Shown: one piece after another, positions 25,686 through 37,810 of the stretch
Numbering within the stretch: the first letter of the stretch is position 1
How the letters are laid out: each line of letters begins with the position of its first letter
Assembly (NCBI GenBank): GCA_020137815.1
Contig: CM035362.1
Span: forward strand, 4,216,001-4,280,000
Reading direction: 5' to 3'
Length of the DNA: 64,000 nt
From: Hormiphora californensis
Taxonomy: Eukaryota; Animalia; Ctenophora
Position numbers and translations under genes: made by a program
Notes under the pieces: generated by a model
Database searches by the model: none
Told to the model about the DNA's origin: nothing
Seen by the model: the letters and a program-made list of their open reading frames with translations, nothing else

Positions 25686-25814
25686 TGCAGGCTTACAACA
25701 ACACTTTGCCCCATTGGGCGAGCAGTAAAAGCCACGTGACTAAAATCCGGAGGACTTGTTGCAGTAGCTGCCCCTTGGAGCGCTGTGCAGAACCTCAATG
25801 GAAGAAGCCTCACC

Positions 25815-25889
<75 letters not shown>

Positions 25890-25959
25890 TCTCTTCTCTC
25901 CTTCTCTCCCTCTTCTTCTCTTCTCTCTCTCTCCTCCTCCTGCAGGTTTTGACTCCACA

Positions 25960-26089
25960 ATCCTCCTTTTTTAAAAAAAAATTTTTTTTTTTCCCCCCCC
26001 CCGGGGGGGGGGGGGGAAAGGGGGGGGGGGGGGCCCCCCCCCTTTTTTCCCCCCCGGGGGGGTTTTTTTTTTTGGGGGGCCGGGGAAAT

Positions 26090-26126
<37 letters not shown>

Positions 26127-26762
26127 TTTGGGGCCGAAAACCCTTTTTTTTTGGGGCCGGGGGGGGTTTTTTTCCCCCCCTTCCCCTTTCTTTTTTTCCT
26201 TTTCTTTTCCCCCCCCCTTTCCCCCTTTTTTTCCCTTTTTTCCCCCTTTTTTTTTTTCCCAAAATTTTAAAAAAAAAAAAAAAAGGGAAAAAAAAAACCC
26301 CCAAAAAAAAGGGGGTTTTTTAAAAAAAAATTTTTTCCCCCCTTTTTTTTTTTTCCCCCCAAAACCCCCCCTTTTTTTTTTTTTTTTCCTCTTTTTTTTT
26401 CTCTTTTCCCCCCCCCCCCTTTTTTTTCCCTTTTTTTTTCCCCCCCCCCCGGGGAGGGGGGGGGGGGGCCCCCCGGGGGGGGGGGGCCCCCCCTTTTTTT
26501 CCCCCCTTTTTTTTCCCCCTTTTCCCTTTCCCCCCTTTTTTTTTTTTCCCCTTTCCCTTTCCTCCCCCTTTTTTTTCCTTTTTTTTTTTTTTTTTTTTCC
26601 CCCCCTTTTTTTTTTTTGGGGGGAAAAAAAGGGGGGGGGCCTTTTTTTTTTTTTGGGGGGGGTTTTTTAAAAAAAAAAGGGGGGGGGGGGGCCCCCCCCT
26701 TTTTTTTTCCCCCCTTTGGGGGGTTTTTTTTTTTTGTTTTTTTTTAAAAAAAAAAAATTTAA

Positions 26763-26793
<31 letters not shown>

Positions 26794-27072
26794 CCCAACC
26801 CCTTAAAAAAGGGGGGGGGGGCCCCCCCCCCCCGGGGGGGGGGGAAAAAAATTTTTCCCCTTTTTTTTTAAAGGGAGGGGGTTTTTAATAAAAAAGAGGG
26901 AGAATAGAGAGGGGGGGGAAAAAAAAAGAGGGAAAAAAAAAAAGGGGGGGGAAAAAAAAAAACCCCCCTTTTTTGGGGGAAAAAGGGGGGGGGGAAAAAA
27001 AGGGGGGAAAAAAAATTTTTTTTTTTGGGGGGGGGGAAAAAAAAGGGGGGAAAAAATTTTAAAAAGGGGGGT

Positions 27073-27104
<32 letters not shown>

Positions 27105-27283
27105 AAGGGAAAAAAACCCCTTAAAGGGGTTTCCCCCCCCCCGGGGGGGGCCCCCCCCCGGGGTTTCCCCCCCGGGGTTTTTTTTCCCCCCCGGGTTCCC
27201 CCCTTTTCCCAAATCCATCAAACGAGGGGAGTGTCGCACGAGGCCCCAAAAAAATTTTAAAGGGGGGAAAAAAAAGGGGGGTT

Positions 27284-27316
<33 letters not shown>

Positions 27317-30300
27317 AAGGGAAAAAAGGGAAAAAAAAAGGGGAGAAAAGGGGGGGGGAAAAAGCCCAAAAAAAAAAAAAAAAAAAAAAAGAAAAAAAGA
27401 AAGGAGAGAGAGAAGAGAGAGAAGAGGGGGGAAAGAAAAAAAAAAAAAAAAGGGGGAAAAAAGGGAAAGAAAGAGAAAGAAAAAAATTTTTTTTTTAAAA
27501 AAAAAAAAAAAATTTTTTCCCCCCGAGAAAAACCCGAAATTTGGGGAAATTTGGGGGGAAAAAAGAGAAAAAGTGACTGAAAAGGCAGCTTATAGTTACC
27601 CGGGGGGGGGAAAAAGGGAGAAAGGGAGAAAAAAAGGGGGGAAAAAGGGGGAAAAAAAGGGGGAAGCCGGGGAATTCAAATTTAAAAAAAAAAAAAAATT
27701 TTTTTAAAAAAGGGGGGGTTTTTGGGGGGGGGAAAAATTTTAAATCATTGGGAAATTTTTGAAAATTCCCAAAAAAGAAGAAAGGGTCCAGGTCGTATGC
27801 GGTGTAATAAAGCGGGGAAAAAGGTTGACAGCGAGAGGCGATAAACTGTGCAGCAAGGGGCTTTTTTCTGGGGGAAAAGATAGAAAAAGGGAGAGAGAAG
27901 GAAAAAGAGGGAGAGAGAGAGAGGGGAGAGGGGAGAGGGTAAGAGGGAGGAAGAAAAAGGGGGGGACAATTGGGTTTTTTCAAAAGGTTTTGGGACCCTA
28001 CACACACGGGATTTTTAAATTTTGGGGAAAAAAGGTTTAAAAAACATTTGATTCCCAAACATCGCCCGGGCGAAGTCCCTACATCCCGGTTTTAAAGGGG
28101 CCTAATCCCCGGGATCGACCTCTCTCTCTCCCCTTTTCTCTCTCTCTCTCTCTTCCCCTTCCTTTTCTCCCCCCTCCCTCTCTCTCTCTCTCTAATTTTT
28201 CCCCTCTCTCTTTCCCCTCTCTCTCTCTCTCTCTCTGTGTGTCTCTCTCCCCTCTCTCTCCCCCCCCCTCTCCCCCTCTTTTTTCTTCCCCTATCTCTTC
28301 CCCCCCCTCTCTCTCCTCTCTCAAAAACAAGACCACAAACCATAAAACCGACGCAAAAGGAGGGGAAAAAAAAGAAAAGTTCAGGGGGCAAATTTTTTCC
28401 CTTATTCAATTTTTTTTGCATTTGACTCCTTCTTCTCTTTTCCTTCTCTAAACTTTTAAAACGTTTTTTCCCCTCTATTCCCCTATTCCCCTCTTTTTTG
28501 GACAAAACTCCAAAAACAGCTCTGCACGCGTTTGTGAAATGAACTCCAGTGTGAAAATGCGACAAAAATTAAAGAGAACGAGACAGAAAGATAGCGGGGC
28601 CGGATCTAGGTTTGGGCAAACCTGTAAAAATCCGGGGCCCCGGTTTACCGGGCCCCGGCCCGGGGCATCCCCGGGAAATCGGGAAACCCCACTGGGGTAA
28701 AAAAATTGAAAGAGGACACCATAAAACAGCTCACATACAAGATCAATCAAGGGGATCTTCTTGGCCGTACAAGAATAACAAATCAGGGATGATTTTTCTA
28801 TTCTTTGTCTGAATTACCTTTTTTCCTAAAACAAACCCCCAAGGGCCCTAAATGAATTTTGGGCACGACCCAAAAAAGGGTATTAGATTAGAAAACCGCG
28901 GAATTTTTAACAGGCGGGTTACATCATGTTTCTGACTTGATAGACGGAAGCTACAAAGTTTTCATATATTAGTCGGGGCGAATCTTAATTTTTTGACAAA
29001 ACTATTGGGGGAAAAGCAAAATTTTTGGGGTTTTAACCCCCTATTTTGAAACCCCTAAAAACATCCCCCTCCTGGGAAGCTTGCAAAAGTGAAGAAAAAG
29101 CCCAAATCGGCCAAGCCCTTTTACCCGTATTTTTTAGCCTGTAGCCAAAAAAATTAAAAACCTCTTAGAATAGGAGTAGAGACAAAATTGGGGGGCACTA
29201 AATTTTCAGCGCCCCGTTAGTGGGGGGAGGTGCTGAAAATTTAATCTATCTCAAACTGGTTAATTTGATAATTGGGGTAATTAGGTTTGCGCAAAAACCC
29301 TTTTTTGGGTTATGGCTTAAACCCCTTAGGAAAGGGTTTTGAGAAATTTTTTTTCGGGCGGCATTTTTTTTTGGGGAATGCCCGTTAGGGGGTCGCTCGG
29401 ACTTTTAAAGCTCTATCTCCAACCGTTTTAAAGGGGTTATGGCTTAAACGGAAAAATCGGGTTTTTTCCTTTTTTTTCCCGCTCATTTTGAGCATCGATT
29501 AAGCCCAATCGGGCTAACTTTTTGGAGATGAGTTTAAATTCCGACGCGCCCCCCCTATTTTGGCTATTGCCTAAAAAATGGCGCCCTTAAAAAGTCTTAA
29601 ACCATTCCTTGGCTATAGCCATATAGCCAAAAAACGGTTAGCCAAACCTAATTTTCAATTATCTAATTAACCAGATAATAAGCTTAATTCCAGCACCCCC
29701 CCATAATCGAGGGCGCTGATCACTTTGGGCCCTCAGATTTGTCTCTAATCCATTCTAAAGCTTTATTTTTTTGGCTACAGGCTAAAATAAGGAAAAAAGG
29801 GCGTGGCCGATTTGGACATTTTTTTCCCTTTTTGCGAGTTTTCCCTAGGGCGGGATCGTGTTCAGCGGGAAAAATAGGGGGGTTAAAACCAATTTGCCTT
29901 TTCCCCCAAATATTTGGGTCAACCCCCTTTTTTTAAGAGATCGCCCCGACTATATATTCAATATGACACTTGCAGGGTGATAAATTTAGGGGAATTAGGG
30001 GGGCAGCGGACAAAAAGGGGGGGGGGGGGTAAAAAGCCAACAGTTAAAAAGCGGGGGATTTTGCTAAAGGGGAAAAAGCCCCGGTTCTCATTCGGGGGCC
30101 TCTATCCCCCCCCCCCTATAAAACCCCTCTCTGAACCTCTATCCCCTCTCTCCCTATTTAAAGATCAAAACCTCCCTTCCCCCCGGGTTATTTTTCCCTT
30201 TGCTTTAGAAGGGGGAACAAATTCTTTTCGTTTTTTGCAGGTTTGAAAAAGGGAAAAAAACAAGGGGGGGAGTAAAAGGGAGAGAAAAAAAAAGAAGAAT

Positions 30301-31050
30301 AGTTTAAGGGGGAGAAAGGGGTAACTTTTACCCACGTGTCATTTCCAACAAGGAGGAAATATTGCAGGGACCAAGGAGCGAGGCACATGAGTAGGGAAAT
30401 TTTGAATTTAGAGGGAGGGGCGGGCTGTGGGGAGATTGAGAGTATCATCATGAGAGGAGGTGTGAGAATGGAATGTGTCAGTCCCATGGGATCACGAGCC
30501 TAATTGAGGGGGGATCCCGGGATCATATATTGCGCCTAATTTGAGGGAGGGATTCTGGTATCATTAAACCGATAGGGGTGTAGGAATGGGGACCTAATTT
30601 GAGGGGAGGGGGATGAGGGTTACGTAAAAAAAGTTTGCGATGATCATATTTTTTCAGTATAATGATTCCAAATATATTGATTCAGACAGAACCCCACCCG
30701 GCATATTTCCTGATTTTAGATCATCCTGCTAAATAAGTCCATACCTAGATCCTGGGGGTCTCAAGCAATACTAATCAGGAGAAGGGATTGAAATTTGACC
30801 AGCAAATAAAGCAAAATGTGAAAAAAAAGGGAACTAGGGTCATTAAGGAAAATCTCAAGTAAAGATGCGACCATGGTAGCGCTGATGTTATTAGTGATTG
30901 GTTTATTGGAATTGAAAGTAAGCACGAGGGGGGAGAGGGGGGAGAGAGGGAGAGGGAGAGAGAGGGGGGGGGGAGAGGGAAAGTTGAGAAAAAAAAAGGA
31001 TGAGGGGGGATAACGATTGATAGTGAAAATGGGCAGATTCTACTTCGACA
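25960..31050. other. Low-quality, homopolymer-inflated assembly segment (similar at about 33680-34900 and 46380-50200)
   Basis: Runs of A/C/G/T of 8-30 nt dominate; recognisable Dlg exons in the 46-50 kb block carry indels. Confidence 0.85.
29003..29912. mobile_element. Degraded or poorly sequenced long inverted-repeat element
   Basis: tattgggggaaaagcaaa..ttttaaccccctattt is mirrored by aaatagggggttaaaacc..ttttcccccaaata; internal mirrored motifs (gcctgtagccaaaaaa / ttttttggctacaggc). Confidence 0.5.
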
Positions 31051-32833
31051 GTTCAACAAATTTTACCACTACTGCAGGGTTCGGGAACGGGCCACGAGAA
31101 AGTATCATTCCCAACTTTTTTTGCGGAATTTGGACTAGACCTACCACTAAAGACAGATCATGGAAATGTTGGAGAACGGTCACGTAGACAATATATTTTT
31201 TAGATCATCACATTCACTGGAAGAACTTTTGCAGAGATGATCCCTGTACGGGATGGGGCCTTCCACGCAAGAGCTCCGGCCGTGCAAAGGGGATAGGGTA
31301 GACACCAAGCACTTGCAGTATAGATCACCGACTAGCACAATATCAGAGAGAGAGGGGGAAGGAGATGGAGAGCAAATAGTTTGTTAATTAGAGAATGATA
31401 CTAGACGAGGATAAAATGGCTTAAAGAGAGTTAGTTAGAGGTATAGTTGCACAGTACAGACAGCTGTTTTAGTGGAGCTACAGACCTAACTAGCACTGTT
31501 TTTGATGTCTGTGCAACTTTTTAATTTCTACAACCCCCGGCCTAGCTTGTTTTGCACAACCCCGGGGCGCTGAGGGTCGAGCAATGCTGCAATGTCTGGC
31601 TGCGCCGACCCGATCTGAGCGCTTTGTCAAAACGTCTGGCAGCACCAGATAGGTCAAGCGGGGCCCTTTTGATTGAGTCTTACTATAACAGTTGCCATGC
31701 TACGCAGTCTGTCTGTTCGGCACTTACTTCGGCACTTACTTCGGCCCGGTGTGAGAGCTGACAGGCAAGGAACATGTCAACGCAAAACAGCTACAGCTGC
31801 TGCTGCTCCAGGACGTTGTTGAATGCCGCTGCACCTAGAAGCTGCTGCATGCATGCAGACTATTATATTACTTCCAACCATTATAATCCCAATTTACTCC
31901 CTCACTTTTAAGTTACCCCTTTGAGTCAAAGGGAGTATTACCTCGTCTCTGGGATTCAATATTCCCTTCTTTTTTCTCATACAAGCGTGCGAGATGTTAC
32001 AGTAAGTGACAATCCAGCTTCTGGCCTTTTTTTTCTTTCTTTTTGTTCGTCACTTCCCCGCATCAGCTGAGTCCCGTGGCCTTCAACGAAGGTTAATTTT
32101 CTTCTCTGCTACGTTCTGCGTAAAATGCAGCGAGGTTGCAAAGCTAGTTGTTTATCTAGGGTGATTGCAGTAGCAACTAAAGATTTGACCCCCACCCCCC
32201 TCTGCAGCAGAGAGAGAGAAAGAGATCTTACTAAGCCAGATCCACAACCCGAGCAAACATTATTAGGATTAATTTTAGTCTCCGGGACAGTTTTAGTCTG
32301 ATCCTAGTTTTCTACCCAAGATTTATCTATCTCTCTCTCTCTCTTTCCCTTTCTCTCTATTTCTCTCTTTCTCTCACTGCCCTGCAAAATGGTCTTACTA
32401 TGACCCCTCCCTCTCTTACAATCATGTTATAGTCTCCTTCGCACCTATGACTCCCTTGCCTTTTCTCTCTCTCTCTCTCTCTCTCCATTCTCCTCTCTCT
32501 CTTCTCCTCAGTCTCTCTCTGAATCGTCAAGATCTCTCTCTGCATTCTCTCTCTCCTCTCCATCACACCACATCTTCCTTTCGTCCCGCCCAAGTAGTCA
32601 TCTCATCTAAAATAATCTCTCGTCTCTCGTATCCTCTCTTCTCTTTCTCTCTCTCTCTTTCTCTCCCTTGCTTACGAGCCTTTTTGGCGGGTATAATAAT
32701 ACAGCTAAAGGTCCCTCTACCGATATTCATAAACGTGGGATGAAATATTAATCAGTGCAGGATAAACTGCAGGTTACTGATTATCCGTTTTTAGAATTTT
32801 TGGGACTGGATAGAGAGAGAGAGAGAGAGAGAG

Positions 32834-32879
<46 letters not shown>

Positions 32880-32886
32880 GAGAGAG

Positions 32887-32928
<42 letters not shown>

Positions 32929-33261
32929 GAATAGAATTAGAGGGAGAGATAGAGAGATAGGAAATCTAATTTAGTACTGTCCTATATTTTAAGGATCAGC
33001 GATGATTGCCACCGGAACGCGAGAGAAAAAAGAGGGGCCAGGGAGAGAGAAATGAGAGTGGGGAGAGAGAGGGGGCCAGGGGAGAGAATGGAGCCAGGGG
33101 GAGAGTTTGTTACTTTAACTAAGGGAGAGAGAATGGAGCCCGAAAGGAGTGGATGAAAGGAATACTTGTTTAGCAAACTCTGGAGCTTTGCATATAATTC
33201 ACATAATTCGATCACCATCTCTCTCCATCATTCCTCTCTCCTTCACTCTCTCTCTCTCTCA

Positions 33262-33315
<54 letters not shown>

Positions 33316-36300
33316 ACTCTCTCTCACTCCCTCTCACTCCCTCTCCCTCCCTCACGGTTGAAAGGTGGTCCCTACTGCGTGTGGGGTATAAAGGACCACC
33401 AACTCGAAGAATCCACTGTTAATTCTCTATCCCAGCTCGAGTAGTCAGATCTTGTCCAAACTTCGCGGTCCGCTCTGTCACGGTTATTAATGGAAACGTA
33501 TTATCTGTCCAGAGTAATGACTATTTTCCGGGGTTGGGAATATATCACCCCATTCTCAGCCGCTATTATATCATATTTTCGATCATCATTCTCCAAATGC
33601 AGCAGTGATTTTCAGCCCTGCATCTCTAAAAGTTGATACTATATTTATATCATAGGTAGTTCTCTATATTTTTCTCTCCATCTCAAGGGGGGGGGCCAGG
33701 AAAAAGGGAAAAGTTCGGGAAAGGGGAAGAACCCCGGGGGCCCCCCCCCTTTTTCGCTAACCCGGGAGAAAGCCCCCACTTTTTTTTGGGGGCCGGGGGG
33801 ATGGGTTTTGGGTTTTGGGTTTTTCCATCCTTTTTAAATTTAAAACTTTTTTCCCCTTTTTTCTTTTGTTCCCCAAGGGGGGGTTATTTTTTAAAAAACC
33901 CTGCATTTTTTAAAAAGGAATGCGTGTCCCCCCCCGGGGAAACCATTAAATTTTTATGGTTAAAAGAAAAAAGAATGGATTTTTTAAAAAAATTGTAAAA
34001 AAGGGGTTTTAAGTTTAAAAAAAAAGGGATTTTAAAAATGTTTTGATGGGGGCCCCGAAGAGTTTATAATTGAGGGGAAATTTTGGGGTTTGGCCCCGGG
34101 TTTTTTTTAATTGGCCCTTTGGTTGCCCCCCCCCAAAGGGCCCCCCCCGGGGAGGGGCCAAGGGGGAAGGGGGTTTTGGGAATAATCTTTTATGATTTAG
34201 CACGGGGTTTTAAAAATCATTTTTTGGAATATATCGCCCAGACCGCAAAAATCGAAGAGAATAAGACCCCACCTTCTACAGTATAATATCATGAACAAAC
34301 ATCGCAAATAAAAAAATTTTAAAAGGAAAACCTCCCGGGTTTGCTATTTTTTACCCCGCACGCTGGTGCAGGAAGAGGGGGTTTGAAAAAATTACAGCCC
34401 GAATACAACAAGAGGAAAGAGCAAATTTTTTAGCCCCAAAAAAACAGTGGGGGTTCGGCTTTGGATGGTTGTCACAAGTCCCCCGTTTTTATTTTTGGAT
34501 TTCCCTTGGCTGGAGGGGGGAGGAATTTGGTAAAAAAAAAATCGAACCTGCATGGAAAATTTGCCCAAAGGTTCTTCTAAACCATAAAGATGTATAATTT
34601 GCAGTTTTTTTCAAAAAAACAGAAATTTTTTGAGAGGCAGGATTTTTTTTTCCCCCCCAAGCACTTTTTTGAACCCCAATGTGCCTTTCCCCAACCTCCC
34701 TTTTCCTTTTAAGGCTTTTTAAAGGCAAATTTTAAAAAAAAAACCCTTTCCCCCCCCCCCTTTTCCCCCTCCCCCCCTCCCTTCCCCCCCCCTCCCTCTT
34801 TTTCCTTTTCCCCCCTCTCGCCCCCCTCCCCCTTCTCTTCTCCCCTCTCTCTTTTCTCTCTCTTTCCTCCTCTCTCTTCCCAAAAACACCCTTCGTAAAA
34901 CAAAAATAACCCGAAGAGAGGGTTTTTTTTTCTGCTGTTATAAATGATTTTGGAAAAATTTAGAAACGCTAACACGTGCTACAGTACCGCCAGGTTTCCC
35001 CCCGTCGTCTGAATTGAGAGAGGAGAGAGAAAAAAGATAGAGAGAAAGAGATAGATAGAGATTGGGTGAAGGGTGGATAGGAATTCGAATTTGACCCATT
35101 GCCCACGCCATTGGTTTGGGCCCTCCGAAGTCTGTCACCCCTGTTATTATATTGCATATAGGTATCCATAAGCTATTATAACGGAGGGGTAATTTCATTA
35201 CCAAGTCCAAAGTGCAATGACTGGTATCGAGATTTATAGGAATAGCCGTCACTGAAACCTGAGATCTCAGGTCTCAGTGGAAAATAGCCGTGCACTGGAC
35301 CTGAGGTTCAGGCACGACTGGTTTCCACCATAATACATAGTGGTAGCGATAGTGGTCCACTTAATAAGTAACGGCATCTCTCTCTCCCCCTACAACCAAC
35401 CGTCTAACCCATCTTTCTCTCGCCCTTCAGGTTCCACGTGATAAAGAAATCGGCGATTGATGGCGAACAATTGTAATCAGCAATACTCCACTTGAACGAT
35501 CCACTATAATGCATATAGTACCAGAATGAGAACTGAACTACCTACTTCAGTTTTCATTCTGGTGGTGATAAAAGACAGGCTCTATGACTGATGCCATAGG
35601 TACCCCCCACTTCTGGTGGTGATAAATCCAACTCCGATTTTCCTGCAGTTACTTGGAAGCAGCACGTGCATTGACCCAGCACGTACAACTAGTGCTACAC
35701 GTGTGTATATTGACACTCATGTTTAATCAGATAACGATAATAATGTAAGCCTGTCAATTATAATCCCACGCCCACCAACTAAAAGATACCATGTTCGGCT
35801 CATCTAAAAAACTATTCCCAGTACCCATTCGATATGATGAGGACACGAAGTTGTGCGTGTTTTCTGGATTCTAGATATTCATACACATGCTGCATGTGCC
35901 TACTGCACGCAGCTTTGTAAAGGTGTGCGTAGACGGATACGGATCTGCAAGCCAAAAAAGAGAGAGAAGGAGAGAGAAAGGTGGAGAGAGAGAGAGAGAG
36001 AGAGAGAGAGGGATGCGTAAGCTTTTACAGGATATAACCGACATGGATACACCTAGATATTCACTTTTGTGAAACCCACACACGCACACAATATGGTTTA
36101 CACACATCCCGCGGAGATGCTATGTATGCTATGCTTATATAATAGACAAATCCGTCTGTTTTTTCTTGCAAAATATTTCAGATGTTTGTCGAAAATAGTC
36201 CTTTTTTTGTACCTTTTGATGTCTGACCGTTGGTTGTTATGTTATTTCAATGTTATTTCTGAATATTTCCATCAATTTACTTTACTCTTCTTTACAGCTA

Positions 36301-37810
36301 AACATTGTAACAACGCCACGCTGGTCGTGGTGTTTCCAATTATAAATTTCTAAGAGGAGAAGAATCTAGAAAGAGTTGTTAAGTAACTCAGCAAAGAAAG
36401 AGAAGGGGACTAGTTGAGGGCATGGCGGGACCATGGCTACTCATTATAGCCCTTTCTTTAATTAATTTGTAAGTTGGTTATGTTAGCTTGTTAGTTAGTT
36501 TATTAGTTTGTTAGTTGGCTTGTTGAGATTTGAGGCCTGAATGATATAAAGAACCGCGACTAAAAACTGCATGGTCCCCCACCCCTTAATTTCTACCGCT
36601 GCTGCCCTCCCCTTTACAACCCGGGCTGCTCTTGCTGTCAGCCTGAATGTACTCTTATCGCTCTGCTCAAAGAGCGCGATCCAGAACAGATCAGCGCCAC
36701 AGGCGACAGCACTCTCATCGCTCAAAGAATGAGAATGGATCAGTGCAATGCCTGACAACTGGCTCTTGTAGGATTCAAACAGCCCCCCGGCCCCATTATC
36801 GAGGGGCGTCTTGCAGGGTTCAAACAGCCCTGGGCCCCATTATCGAGGGGCGAGGTGCAATTGCATTGTAAAGCTTCACATTCAATATATCGATTATTAT
36901 CGCCTTGGAAGTCAAAGTGATAATGATAACTGCAGGATCTGCTGCAGGCAATCTTTCCCTACTTTTCTTTCCTGCAGTGCAGCAGTAGGGATCAAGATTG
37001 CCCCCTCCTCCCCTCCTAGTCGCCTGGGTCTTATGTAGGGGTTCACGACCTATCTGGGGGTTTCGGAAGTAGCTTTGAAAGACAGATTAGATAATCGTAA
37101 ATAAATACGACGATCTATTAATAGAATTCACCCCTTTAGAGACTCAAACTTGATTACTATATCATACTCAAAGCACCCTATAATGGTCTACTTTTTCCAA
37201 TTTATCCAATATTCGTGACTTGAACCCTCCATCTTCAAAGGCCTGTGCAGCGGTAAGGGCGTGGTCATAGATATTTCACGAAATTATCCCCGGATAATTC
37301 TAGTAATACCGGAGATTATTATATTACAGGGCCGCGGGGCTGCAAGAAAAAAAATCGCATATTTAATCCGTTCACTATTTCCACGAACTTCCCATGATAT
37401 CCCAGTTTCTCCCAGTTTCTCCTAGGGTCGGGGTTTATTCATGTTTCACACATATAATCCAATTCCAAATGCTGATGAAAAAATAAATCGAATTCTTTGG
37501 CTTTGTAAGCAAAGTCCCTGTAAATTTGTAAAATACTACATGCCATCTTCACTTATCCATACGATAAAACTTCCACGGTCTCGGAAGAACATCTTCTGAA
37601 GAAAAAGGAGAAGAAAAATATCTCAACTCCAGATATTATATATAAACTGTCTTCAGATATTTCCTGGCAAGTGGGGAGTGTCCTTCAACCGCCTCCAATT
37701 TCACCTTCAGATCCTCCATCTCCAATTCCTTCTCCAAACCCCAATTCCCTCTCCAGATCACGTGATGCCCATATATGGGTGTTCCCTGATCCCCAATTCC
37801 CCCTCTCCAG

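Noticed and set aside
25589-31059. Poly-Lys/Gly/Pro/Phe ORFs and apparent G-quadruplex tracts
   Set aside because: Homopolymer-inflated low-quality sequence; not interpretable.
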